DNA of 64,000 bases from Neoechinorhynchus agilis (Eukaryota; Animalia; Acanthocephala). Positions 24,972 to 38,000 of this stretch are shown piece by piece. Below the pieces are notes generated by a model, which was given only the letters and a program-made list of their open reading frames with translations, made no database searches and was not told the origin of the DNA. The position numbers were made by a program, and so were the translations under genes. The DNA lies in contig CM121341.1 in assembly GCA_051530055.1 (NCBI GenBank), positions 11,014,784 to 11,078,783 on the forward strand, read 5' to 3'. Each line of letters starts with the position of its first letter. The first letter of the stretch is position 1.

Positions 24972-26365
24972 GGCGTTGATCGATTATCTTTTCGTATAGC
25001 TTCATCGTGTGGTTCAACAATTTGATTCCTCGATAGCTTGAACAAACTCTGATATCTCTTCTCTGTTTGTATATCATTACCAGTGTGCTCTGCCTCCATT
25101 CGTCTGGCATCTTTTCAGTAGTAAGTATTCACTGGAAGAGATTTGTTAATAGTGGAACGGCATCAACTTAAAGCACTTTCCAACCCTCTATGAGTATTTC
25201 GTCTGGGCCCGTCGCTTTCCCGTTTTTCATCTTGGAGAGTGCTTTTTTTTAACTTCGACCTCTGATATTGCGTTGACTAAACCTTCGTTGGGTTCCTGCT
25301 CTTCCACTCTTTCTGCTCCATTCTTACTCTTCAGCAGTTGATCGAAGTATTATCTCCATCTTTCTTTAACTTCTTTTTATTCGCTCAAAATGTTCCCATC
25401 CTTGTCCTTAGTTTGCTTTGTCGTCGTAATGTCCTGCGATCTTTGATCTTCGGCACTTTGAACACATATGACATTGTTTTGTCTTCTTGCAGTTTTGAAT
25501 AGAAGTTCGAATTTGCCTCTTGCTTCCCTATCGCCACAGCTTTCTTTGCTCTTTTTCTCGATTTCTCATATATTTCCTTATTCCCCCTTGGTTGATCTGC
25601 ATCCACTTTCTTTTTCGCATTCTTTTTGTCCGCTATCGCCCTTTGCACCTCGTCCTTCCACCGCCATGTTTCTTGTTTGGGTCCTTTTCTACCTGTGGTT
25701 ACTTCAAGGGTTTCTGTGCCTATTCTACGAATTTCCTCTGCCGATTTAATCCAGCATCTGTTGGTATCCTCAATGTCGTGATTAAGAATGCTGATGACCT
25801 GCTTCTTGAGTTCTTCAAGATATAGAGTTTGATCAAGTCGCCACAATTTGGTTTTATTAGGCATCCTGTATTTGGGTCGTTTGATGTACTTGATCCCCGG
25901 GTCTATGCACAGTAAACGGTGTTCCGAAGCGCACGTCCCTACAGATGTAGTTTTTACGTTTTTCACTTCTCGCAATTTTTCTTGTGGATAGAGGATATAA
26001 TCGATTTGCGTTTTTTCTCCCGCCGCTGCTGTAAGTAACAATTTGTGGTTCTTCTTTTTTAAAGTAAGTGTTCGTGATCCGAAGTTTATTTGGTAACGCA
26101 AAATCCAAAATGCTTTCTCTAAATTTCGGGTTCCAAAGCCTCTTATACCGTGTGCTTGACACAAGCTCGAGTTTTCCGCGCAAACATGACCGTTGAGATC
26201 TCCACATATTATACATCTTTCCTCCTTGGTTTTATGGACCACATCATATAGATCCTCCCACAACTGGTCTTTTTCCTGTTGCGTGAGTCCGGTTTGTGGA
26301 GCATAACAAGAAACGATCACCAAGCATTGCCCTCCAAGATCTATCCGCATCCGCATTATCCTATC
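24972..26365 (-). pseudogene. Decayed RTE-clade LINE, 5' part (endonuclease and start of RT)
   Basis: DRIMRMRI, IVSCYAPQTG, ICGDLNGHV, TQIDYIL, KMKNGKATGPD-like and IKLLNHTMKLYEKIIDQR, spread over several frames. Confidence 0.92.
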
Positions 26366-26494
26366 ATTTTTCCTATAGACTTCTATGAATCCATCTGCAT
26401 GTTCAGCACTCGAGACAATTCCAACTCCATTTCGATCAGAAGATGAACCATTATAAAATAGCTTGAGGCCGTCTCTAATATCGCGTGCTTTGGC

Positions 26495-26640
26495 TCGTCA
26501 GACCCCCTTCCTGACACCAACCGTAAAAGCCTTGCACCAATAAAAAAAACCAAAAATGAGACGGTTTTTACGGTCCGATGCCCTTCCTGACACCAACCCT
26601 CCTCATTTATCCGGGCTTGGGACCAGCACCGAGTTCCCTC
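26495..26640 (+). repeat. SINE/RTE-tail-like repeat
   Basis: ccgatgcccttcctgacaccaaccct...ccgggcttgggacc, partly duplicated at 26505; matches 33244-33295. Confidence 0.5.
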
Positions 26641-26646
26641 GGGATA

Positions 26647-26945
26647 CAAAATGAAATTGAAGCGTTTATTCATAAAGAAATCATTTTATTTCTTGGATAT
26701 TAAAAATTCGAATTATTTTAAATCGGGAAGGGTACAATTAAGTAAACAAAATGAAATTTGAGGGTTTATTCTTGAAGAAATCGTTTTGTATCTTTGCTAT
26801 GAAAAATCCGAATTGTTTTAAATCAAAGAAAGCACAGTTAAATAAACAAAATAAAAATTTGAGCGCTGATTCGTGAAGAAATCGCTTTGTTTCTTTGATA
26901 TTAAAACCCGAATTGTTTTAAATCGAAGAGCACTTGACTGTACAC
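26647..26945. repeat. Degenerate ~99-bp tandem repeat, 3 copies
   Basis: acaaaat(g/a)aaatt...aagaaatc...cgaatt(a/g)ttttaaatc repeats at about 26647, 26746, 26846. Confidence 0.8.
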
Positions 26946-27237
26946 AAGAAACTGCAGCGCGATTGTGGAAACGAATTCTTAAACGAATATTTGTGCTATA
27001 AAACACTTATGTTCATTTTTCGTAAGTATGTATTAAATTTAATCGAAAATATTATCTGTGATTTCGTGACATTTTTATTACACGAAGTTCGTGCAACGGG
27101 GCACGTTGTTTAGGAAAACTGCATCCGATAAAGTTTTGCCACCCAGCCGTTTCCCACCTATAGTTCGCTTTTAATTTAGAGTGTATGTAGATGAATGCGG
27201 CTTCAAGGGCATTGCTCTGCACAAGAATATGGGAAAA

Positions 27238-28916
27238 TCAGGACTCCTTGTTAACTTGTTCATTGGACTCTTGTTTGTCTTCACTTTTGTTATCATCATC
27301 CTTCTCCTCATCGCTGACGTACTTCTTAAGATTAGCAAACCGATTGGTAGTAACAAACTGTTGCTTATTCTGATTTCTATAATTAGGCGGTAGCGCTCCA
27401 GGTCGTCTAGCAGTAGGTTGTCGCCTTGTTGGTAAGGAATCAGCACCGTTCCGAAGTGCATAGTTGATCGAAGGTTTCGGCGTTGCCGATGTACGTCTGT
27501 CAAACCGTGGCCCGGTGGTTTGATCATTATTTCGATCCATTCGATTTCGCATTTGACCTGTTCCTCTCTTCGTTAATGTCCAACTTGTTTGTCCCGTCCG
27601 ATCTCTCTGCTGCGGTGTGAGCGGTGATTGTTCACTCACGGACGCACCGTCCTCAAAAGTCTTTTGCAATTGTTCCATCCGAGAAGCCGTATCCACTGGT
27701 TTAGCTTCCCCGAAAATCGATTGCGACCGTTCCGATTTCGCTGCTTCGGTAGATGTGAGAAGAGCAGCTAACTTGCCAGTATCAACAACTTTCCGAATCT
27801 GTTGTTCATTCGTCGAAGTCATTGAGGGTGTTGTTTCGGACCTGACTAATGTGGGCCTTGGTTGACTACTTCCACTTCTATAAGAATCAAGAACATCACC
27901 TCGTTCTCGCTGATAATACCTCGAATCAGATCCATGACCATCTCGTCCTGATCTCGAAGAAATGAGACTTTGAGCACCGTGATACTGGCGTCTACCAGGC
28001 ATCTCGGATGCCTGACTCGGGGGTGGTAGTTTTAGCATTTGACTCCTCCAATTTTGAACGGTATGAGCGTCCGAAGAAGGAACCATACTGGACATTTGTT
28101 GGTTGTTTCCACTAGGTCGCTGGAACCGCGATTGAGTGTATTTTTCCAGGCTGACATGAACGGTTCTATTTATAAGGACCCGTTCATCTTGCTCAAGACC
28201 GCGAATAAGGGACTCACGATCGTCGAATTCGACAGTCGCGTTCCCCCTGTTCCTACCGTCCGCGCATTGCATGTTGATTGTTTTGATGTTGCAACCAAAA
28301 AAGAACTTCCGAATATCATTTTCATTGGCCGCGAACGGTATTCCGTTCAAATATGCAACAAACGGAGGATCCGTTGGAATCTTTTCAAGCGGAACAACGG
28401 TAGGTCCTCGTGGTTGCTTCGGCAGCTCGCTCAGGTCAATTTGTATTACCTCTATGCTCACGAAGAAACAAATGAGAAATCTTTATTAGCCCGATCGTTA
28501 AATCACAGTGAAAATGAGAATGTGATCATATCCGAACGTATTTCTTCAAAATTAAGAGTCATTATTTTAGAACGTAATGAAATTACGATTAAAAAACTTT
28601 TGTGAGTGAATTAGACCATTTTTCAAAGAATTTTGAAAGGATCCAAGCCGTTTAAAGTCATAACATTAAATTAGAAGTCGTAAAAGTGAATGTGTAACTT
28701 AAAAACCTAAAAACTCACGCTGATCATCATCGTTATCAGAAGCCATTTCTGCCCAGTCATTTGTGACAGTAACAATTTCGGCGATTGATGCATTTGCGCA
28801 GAAGTCAGCGTAGCTTTGCTTTATAGGCTTCTTCTTCTTTTCTCTTTTTTTAGATGGATTCGCTAAAATCGATGAGAGTCAGAAGTAAACTTCTGCAAAT
28901 AAAAATACGTACTCAT
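27238..28916 (-). CDS. EIF4B: Eukaryotic translation initiation factor 4B-like, 3 exons
   Basis: N-terminus MTNPSKKREKKKKPIKQSYADF..DWAE (introns gtacgt..ttag and gtgagt..catag), LPKQPR motif, RRM PPFVAYLNGIPF..RGNATVEF, then R/S/D-rich low-complexity tail. Confidence 0.8.
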
Positions 28917-30972
28917 TTTAACTTAGTGAAACTTTAATTGGAGAAAAGTCTGAAAATCTGTGGCCGGGGATGAGTTTTTCTCTTATTCTGAACATCGACA
29001 ACCGAGACAGAGAAGCCAAAACAACGTTAGGGATACGTAACGCTGCCGTGAATTACGCAGTCATAACGAATGAGAGTATGACGTCATCACGCGTAAGACA
29101 CGCCGAGGAAGGGATTAGCTCGGGCGGATAGAGACGAGAAGAGCGAACGTGAGGCAATGGCGCGTTTTTCTTTCAGATCGATTCTTTCGTGCCTGGAAAT
29201 GTTGAACAGAGTTGTGTTCTGTAAACGATGAACAAAAAATTTGGTTTTCATTTTTATTTGCTGTTCTGTTCAGCGTGTGCGGTTTTTTCGAATGCCTTTA
29301 TTGTAATAATTTACGCGGTTGCCTCAATGCACTGAAGAAAGAGTGAACTCCGAAATTTTGGTCCGAAATAAACATTTGCTTCAACAGCGTAAATTGCTGA
29401 AGGACAATTTTCATTTTTAATGAGTTGAAAAATATTTAAACTGTAAAGTTCACGGTGCGCTTTTTTTATTGAATATGATAATGTAAGGTAGATTTTCTAA
29501 GGGTATTATTGTAAAATGTGGATTTAGTGGAGAGTACAAGTAACCATGGGTTCCATTTCCATAATGGACAAATTGTCTCTGTTAAAAAATCCAAAGCCAA
29601 AATGAGAAATTTATGCTTCATTTTCCAGGAAATTTATTGGGTTTTATAAACTGGCAGCCAAGCTTGGATAACTAAACCCGAAAAAATGCGCCTATTTTTA
29701 GTATCCGAATTCTGGCCGATCCATTGTGACATTGAAACCGATTATTTTAAATTTAGGAGCAAAACCCTTCTCCTTTCTTTATATCTGGCTATGTGATTAC
29801 ATTGAAAATGGATCTTTTGATTTCAATATATAGTTAAGCAGAAATATACCTGGTCATTTTGGGTGACTAGGGTTCTATTTAAACGTTCACCGTCAATATT
29901 TTTCTAAATTTTAGTGCTGATCTGATAGAAAACCCTCCATTTCGTTTTAAACCCCATTTCTCAGAGATCAATCTTAAATCTGTCCTCGGGGTTTTGGTGA
30001 CGAGGAAGCGAAAAGGGATAAAATAATGTAACAAGCAAGTGATTCAAATTTTGTATATCTTTAGTGAAATTCTTATCAATTTTTGCGCTGTCTGTGTGAT
30101 GCAACACAGCGAGTGACTCAGCAAACAATGGAGAAAACGTTTGTAGCGCAACGGCCACTGGATTCATTGTTTGTAAAGTTAATTGAAGCTTCCTTTAAGA
30201 TAGTTCGAGGTTCAAATAAATAACACTGAAATTCCTAGGTCTAGACATCCGATGATCCGTCGCTCTAGATTTTAAAAACCTAATTCGCTATTGAAGCAAC
30301 TGGTACCGTCCGCAAATTTTTAACCACGGTTGGAAAATGGCGGAACAACAAAACTACTTTTATCGAACAATCAACGAATCAGAAAGCGGCAATGGTTCAA
30401 AACTGTAAATTTTATAAGTTTTTCTTAAGACTTGAATTCGAAAATTTCATCTGAAAACTAAAAAATACCGGAAAGTACATTCTCCAGTCAAATTACATTA
30501 TTTCTAAAACCAGTTTCAACTACACAAACTCACGTGATACTTGTCGATTGCCGACTTTCCACGAATTGGCAAAGACGAGGTACACGCCATTCCACCAGAA
30601 TTCCTACCATTCACATAACGGCGCTGTTCATCGAGTGGTGGGCTCCCTATAACGTAAACGTCGTAGTATTTTCCGGCGCATATACTGAATATGCCATATA
30701 CAAAACAAATATGGTGTCTGATGCTGAAAAGATAAGCGTACACGTATAGTGATTGATACCCAAAACTTTAGCAACCAATCAGCGTATATGAAGTCACACT
30801 AAACAATATCGTTTTGATAAAAAAATTCAAAAAGAGGCGAAGATGTTGACGCAGCTTTTTCGTGATTTTTCATAAAATGAGTAATTTGAGACGTTCAAAA
30901 TTCAAATGAACGAATATTCATTTAGGCTTATTTAATACCCGTTTTACGAATTTTGAACCTTATTGGACCTAT

Positions 30973-31322
30973 AACTTTTATGTATCTTTATGTGGCTACA
31001 CGGCTGATGATTATTCCTTGGGCACACTGCCCACCGATCTGGTTCAGGAAAGCAAATAAAATCAAACTTAATGCCCTGCTTAACCATACGCGCTAATGAG
31101 TTTCGTTCATCCCTTCGGATTCTCAGATACCTCCTGAGGAGGCGGGACTCATCAGTGAGTTTCCTTCCTTCATCGGGGTATTTCATTCCCTTTGGTTGTG
31201 CGTCATCAGCTTTAACGGATTCGAACCTTTTGACCCAAACTGGGATCAGGAGCTTTAGTCCACTTAACCGTGCAGCCACACAAAGATACTGAAAAGTTGT
31301 TAGCTGGCCAGACTTTATAAGA
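30973..31322 (-). mobile_element. Family A copy A3 (most complete: head, core, tail, terminal inverted repeat)
   Basis: B box 31217-31227; CUGAUGA 31149-31155; GAAA 31181-31184; IR 30973-31003 vs 31268-31298; 14-bp direct repeat tataacttttatgt at 30970 and 31323. Stem II is partly mutated. Confidence 0.88.
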
Positions 31323-32100
31323 TATAACTTTTATGTTTAAAATCACTCAAATCTAAGCGAACGTTAATGAACGAAAAAACCGCTAATGCTCATTATTAAA
31401 GAATTTAGAACATCCCTTACTCTGCTTTTCCTCAGTCCCGCCCGTTGGGATGTGCAATATCCACAACCATAGAGTCATTGGCATTTAGCACAGACCAGCT
31501 CTTCTCTGACCCACATTGGTTGGCTGTGTGCCTAAAAAGAAAAAGCGAGATGACGTTCCAAACACTTAGTTAATATAACCGGCTTGCCAGTAGACGTTAG
31601 AGAATACTCATTACCTTCGATTGAGCTTCAGCCAAACGAAAGGAGTTTTAAGTGCTCTTTCGAACTTTTCAACTTCATTTTATTTACCGTTTTGTCCAGG
31701 GCGAAATATATAAAAATGATTTAATATTTCGTCCTCTAAGTAGGACTGTGAGGATTAAACAATTAAACAATTCTGAAGAAATTTCACGCGTAGAAGACGA
31801 AATATTAAATAATTTTTCTTTATTTCGCCCTGACTAAAACTTTCTATGGATAGCATCTTTACAATTTTATTTATCAGCAGTAATCACCTAAACATTGCTC
31901 TTTAAACATTAGCGATTAAAACCGTGCCGTCTACAAGGAAAATTTTTATCTAAACGGTCCAGTACACAAATCAATTGTGAATTCGATTAAGTGTTATTTT
32001 TGAAATTTTTTCTGGGTGGACATCAAGGCATACAATTTAATTCTTTGCCCTGAAAATGAACAAAACGGTTCTCGACTAGTCGATTAGTGCTCATGTTCGC

Positions 32101-32484
32101 TTATATGCGGCCATCCATCGTTCGGATGACACTGACGAGCCCATCGACAATACCTGCAGTTCCTAAAAGTACAGCCTTTTCGTCTAATCGGCCTGGTCGT
32201 TGTTGGTCGACAACCGCAACTTGTTCTGATTTTGCTTCGACTGGAGGCTTAAACTCCTCTGTAGTGTTGGTCGTTTCACTGGCGACGCTTTCATCGCCAA
32301 AGTTCATCAGAGTTTGACGCCTGATCAAAAAGTCATTGAGTAAATCACTGATTACAGTTAGAAACTCATTGAAAGGTACGTTTGGGTTTGAAAGGGTGGA
32401 AATTCTTTGCTCGATCATCGTTCGGTCCATCGGTAAAGATTCAACATTAGCGAAGAGGACAATTAAAAGAAAAATCTTTATCAT
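32101..32484 (-). CDS. Small secreted orphan protein (127 aa)
   Basis: Signal-peptide-like MIKIFLLIVLFANVES; intronless ATG ORF more GC-rich than its flanks; hydrophobic/amphipathic C-terminus. Confidence 0.7.
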   Translation of the reverse strand: MIKIFLLIVLFANVESLPMDRTMIEQRISTLSNPNVPFNEFLTVISDLLNDFLIRRQTLMNFGDESVASETTNTTEEFKPPVEAKSEQVAVVDQQRPGRLDEKAVLLGTAGIVDGLVSVIRTMDGRI

Positions 32485-33239
32485 TTTTGTTTATTGAAAA
32501 CACCGACAGCGGATTGTATACAGAAAACGCAAAAATGGATTGTTGATGTTCAATGCGGCATTTTCACTCATTGTGGCGCAAACACAATCGTCACAAACGG
32601 CGAGTTGTTATATTTTCAAGTAGCAACAATGAAATGTACATTATAAAAGAGCATTATCTCAAGAACATCGTAGAATAAACATTCGACCGTATTCATTGGG
32701 ATCGGCTTTTAACCAAACAGCTCGACAATAAAATCCATGGAAATCCGTGTAGTTTTCATGGGTTGCCTAATCAACCTAAAGTACCCCACAGAAGTTCGTT
32801 TTGATCTTTGAATACGTCATTGTAAAAATTGAAGGCTTTATGTAGAGTTTAAAAAAAGTAATGAGATCAGCAAAATGTATTCTAGTACTACTAATTTATT
32901 GTGCTCTACGATTTACTGGAACGCTTAGAAATAAACAAAGAAAAACAAAATGACGTGATGGAAACGTCGATGGCTTCATACGTAGAAGGTTAAAGTCATG
33001 TAACAAGACAAATGCCCAATCATAGATCAATGTGTAGATTTTAAGTAATCATTAGCCATGAAAACATAAAAAAGAATTAATTCGTGCCTCCATCCGTCGC
33101 TCTACATTTTCCAACATCTTGCCATTGAGACAATTGGTATCGGAAATGGTTAGCCGCAATAACAAACGATTTTTATCAGAAAATCAGTTGTGCGATTCGG
33201 TTGTTGGTTGTCATTTAGGTCAAAATTTGGTTGGAATTT

Positions 33240-33310
33240 TACAGCCGGATGTCCTTCCTGACGCCAACCCTATTCCTTTTTCAGTCGGGCTCGGGACCGT
33301 CCTTGGACCG
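33240..33310 (+). repeat. SINE/RTE-tail-like repeat (second copy)
   Basis: gccggatgtccttcctgacgccaaccct...cgggctcgggacc matches 26575-26625. Confidence 0.5.
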
Positions 33311-34504
33311 CAACCTTTCGAGAGAGGGAGAAAAATGCGTGAGCGAGAAGTGCGATTCGTGCCCTCTTGGTAATGGAGGATAAAGATGTTCTTCCGTTCG
33401 CATCGGAACTTTGAGCGCTCGAAATTGTAACTTCTAAAATGTTTTCTCCGAATGACATAATGTGGCGAGAAGCTTCCCTGATTTCGTTAAATTGCTATTT
33501 CAAAAAGCCGTCATGATTGGTGCGGAAAATCGTCTGATACGCATTTTTTATGGAAAAATGGATAAAATCAACACGTCCTTCAGAAAAATCGTGATTCTTC
33601 CCTAGAATAAGAGATTGTGGTGATAATAATCCAACGGATAGAAAATATTTTATTGAGATATTTCGCGAGGCGGATAACTTACAGGTCATCCAAAAATAAT
33701 TTAGATGCTTTGTATTTTTTTTGAAAAAAAAATTTATTCTACAAAATTTTATAACCACAAAACATTTAATTCGCTCACACCGCGGGCACCATATGGATGT
33801 TCATGGCGCTTCCCCGTTGCACAGCGAGAACGAAATTCAAGGAACGCTTTTGGTCTGCAGTTTTTACCTAAAGTTTTGTTTAGTTAGGATTCCTCAGAAA
33901 TATCTCAATAAAATAATTTCCATCCGGATATTATGATCATCTCGCCTCTTATTCCACGGAAGTATCGCGATTCACAGTTGATTTTCCTCCACAATAAATT
34001 CATAAGATTTACAACAAACAACCAAAATGCCTCTCAACCTTACCACCACAATTTCTACCACATATCGCCCCTTCTCAACTCGTAATCCCAATTCGTTTCA
34101 TCCTCCTTCGACCTCGCTTTCCATAATACCCAATCTTATCGGATATCGAGACCCGAAATCAACCTGAGGAAAAACCGAACCTAGCAAATTCTCCTCGACG
34201 CAAATGACTATCAACTTTTTCCCACTCGACCGGACCGGTAATCCACTCCAAAATCAACAACTACATTCATTTATCATACCAGAACTCGATTGTTCGCGAC
34301 TTCGAGCGTTCACGAGGACTTAATAAAACGTGTTATTATTATCGCGGGAGTTCTATAATCCCTAGGGATTTTCCCTTTTTGCGCAATTAACGTTCTTATA
34401 CTCTGCACGTTTAATAAAAAGATCAATTTACACGCGCACGCTCACAGCCGTACTACCTGAGTGCATAAGCTCCACTCGTCGTCGTCTTGTGCTCCTAATC
34501 AGAA

Positions 34505-34883
<379 letters not shown>

Positions 34884-35058
34884 TTAGATAGCTTTTGGTA
34901 GGGGGACGGAACGGGAACGTTTACTTTACAAAAGGGAAGAGGTATTTAGAGCGACTGGTCATACTTATTAGAAGCCTTGTTTCAAAGATTCTTCTAATAA
35001 ACACTTGACAAAATGTCACACACTCTCTCGCTCACACAGTATCCGTTTCTCTTTTGAT

Positions 35059-38000
35059 CTATTGCTGCATGGCGTACTGTTGTTGCTGTTGTTGTGGTGG
35101 TGGTGGCGGCGGTGGCACGGGGTCTGCTGTGGTAGCGATGGAACCGCCGGCTAACATCGAGGGAGAGGAGGAGGGATTCGCAGCAGTGGACGCCATGTAT
35201 TGGCTCATCATGGGTGGTGGATTGGGTAGTTGAGTAGGAACTAAATTATTAGCTAAGTGTTAGACTATACTAGGGGTGTTGTGTTTTAGCAAACGCACAC
35301 ACAGCGCCTACTTACCACTTTGAGCAGATTCTTCATTCTGTCCTGGATCCATGTAATGCTGCGGAGTTGCTTGTGGCACTTGATTTTGGCTACCAACCAT
35401 CATAGATGGATCCATCTGCTGACCAAGCAAATGTGGGTGAACCTGTTGTTGCTGCTGCTGCTGTTGCGGTGGTGGTGGCTGGTGATGGTGCATCATTTGA
35501 GGTTGTTGCATCTGCATTCGAATCATTTGGTGGTGGTGAGCAGCAGCGGCGGCGGGATCCACCATCGCATTCCCTGGATACAACATCGGTTGCTGCGGTG
35601 GCTGCGATTGGTCCATCATCATCGATTGTTGTGGTGGTCCGTAAGGAACTTGTTGCATCATTGATGCATTAATCATGTAAGACGAAGGCGCATTGGTCGC
35701 ACTCGCGTTTCGTTGTCGTAGTTCATTAAGACGAGCCATCTCAGATATTGACCGCTGACGTTCAATCAGAATATCCTCACGGATATCATTCAGTAGCTCA
35801 CGTTCGGAGTCCACAATGTCCTCATAATCGTCTAATTGCTTCAGTTTCTGCTCGGTACGAACCATCAGATTATCAATCAATTTAGCAAGTTCCGCGTCAC
35901 ATGCCTTATAAGCCTCATCAAGGTTACGTTTTGCTCGAGCTGCAGTCATTGACAATGCAATTGCTGCAGACATTCTTACGCTCCATTCTGTGTGATTCAT
36001 ATGGGTAGAATATATGTTAGTGTTCGGAAGTGTGCATTCTGAAGCCGATAGGCACCGTCGTCGTCTACATGGTTCCGGCTTAATATCCTCATCTACGTCC
36101 ATGGGTTCTGGCTGATCATCGCACTCCATCGCATTGTCTTCTTTTTTTCCTCTGTCAATCGTGAAATGTCCAAATCTGAAAGACCGCACTTTCGATAATC
36201 AATACCATTGTTTCGTTGGTATTCCTGCCACACGTAATCCGCATGAGCTTTTACCTTGTCAGATTCAATATTTACACCGTTGTTTTGTTCTTTTAAGCGA
36301 ACCATCTCTTTGACCGCTGCTTCACATGCGGCTCGTGCGACTCGAGGATCTACGGCCCCTGCTAGAATTGCAACCGTCTTCATTATCGGATTACCCATAT
36401 CAGACAGAACTAGCAGCCTTGAAATTAAATCCTCGTCGTCTTTTTCTCCAAAAGCAGGATCATTAGCAGGAAGTTGAATGAATTTTAAAATGCAATCAGC
36501 TGCACTGCGTGTACCAACCGATTCTGAAATTCGGCCCCAATCGTCCCTATACTTTTCAACGCCTTCCAAGAGTGCAAATATTTCTCGCTTCGTCCATGTC
36601 TTGTCCACATAAGGTTTCCTCATTGATGAATGAACTTCACTCATATCCTCGTCTTCACCTGAGTCCCCCATTCCATTCTCAGTCTTTACGGACGTGAATT
36701 CCATTGGAGGATTAAACGGAGGTAGAACCACTAGTCCGGTAGGAGTGTGCGATAGAGTTGGTACGTTGTTCGTACATGGAGGACCTAAAGGAACTGGCCT
36801 TTTGTCAGGATCGATTTGGTAGTTAATAATCCCCCATTGTTCAAGGAAAGCATGAATCCTCAACAATCCGCAAGTGTCTGCCATTAGGTTCCGACGACAC
36901 GCTGTGGCTGTAAGGTAAGTGCTTGGATTCGTCCGATAAGTGTCCACCATGAAATTCCTGTACGTAATGTATAACTCAGGAGTTTTTGAGCAGTCTTTTG
37001 GGTTATCCTTGAAAAACTCAGGTAGAGCTCGTTTTTCGATGTCATGAATACTGTTGTAGTCGAACCAGGACGCATAACTTGGAAGAACTACTGCGTATTC
37101 CATTCCTGCTCTACGAGGTGGAGACTGCGGGGTGGACATACTCCCGTTTTGCTGGTTTGTAAGAGCAGTGGCGTCATCCGCATTGGGGAAACTTTGTCGG
37201 GTGGACATGTCGTCCAATATTCGGTGGCTACTTGACCGGCTCACTGTGTTTTCCATTTCATTTGATTTGGGAACGGTGACAGCTCTAGTAATTGACTTCT
37301 GAAGAACTGTTAATTTCACTGATCGGTGCTGTTTGGTTTTGTATTCGACAAGTCCACTTGATGAAAACTAAAACAGAGGGCATAGGACGTTGATAAAAAA
37401 ATAGATCCGAATTGACATTATACAATTTTAAAACTCAACTAAAATAAAATATCATCGTTAATTTTTGTGATGAGGACGAAATAAAGAAAATAATTTTATG
37501 TTGTTATTTCGGTCGCTTATGAACACCCGAGAGGAGGGATCTTGTTAAAGACGAATTTATACATTTCGACTGATTGGATCAGAGTCATTTTATCAATTCA
37601 ATCTAAAAAATTTCATAGGAATTTGTCACAAACACACGACATGATTGTTTTCGTTTTGACTTAAGAATCCGGGATCGTCTCCCTGGGTGTCCAACCACCC
37701 AAATACAATCCTCAATATCAAATAAATTTTCTTAGTTTTGCCACAGCCAAAGAAGATTTAAATTTTTATTAATTTATTTCCCCGGTATTTCACGTTGGAT
37801 AATTCCGATAGTTTCCGAAGGTTTGTCATTGCTCACATATTAAAAAACTTACAAGCAATGACTGAAGAGGCGAGGTTACCTCCTTCGAAATATTTCCCCA
37901 ATAAATCAAATATCACGCCATGGGGATTATCTTCACCAAAAGTATACTTTGATTATTCCGAAGGATTTTCTCTGTCGATAAAATAATTTTATTTTTGAAG

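Noticed and set aside
31203-31209. Second CUGAUGA upstream of GAAA in A3 and A5, suggesting an ordinary type I hammerhead
   Set aside because: Its flanks (UUAAAG / CGCAC) do not pair with the stem I or stem II partners, and A1 and A2 read CCAAUGA/CCAAUGAU here.
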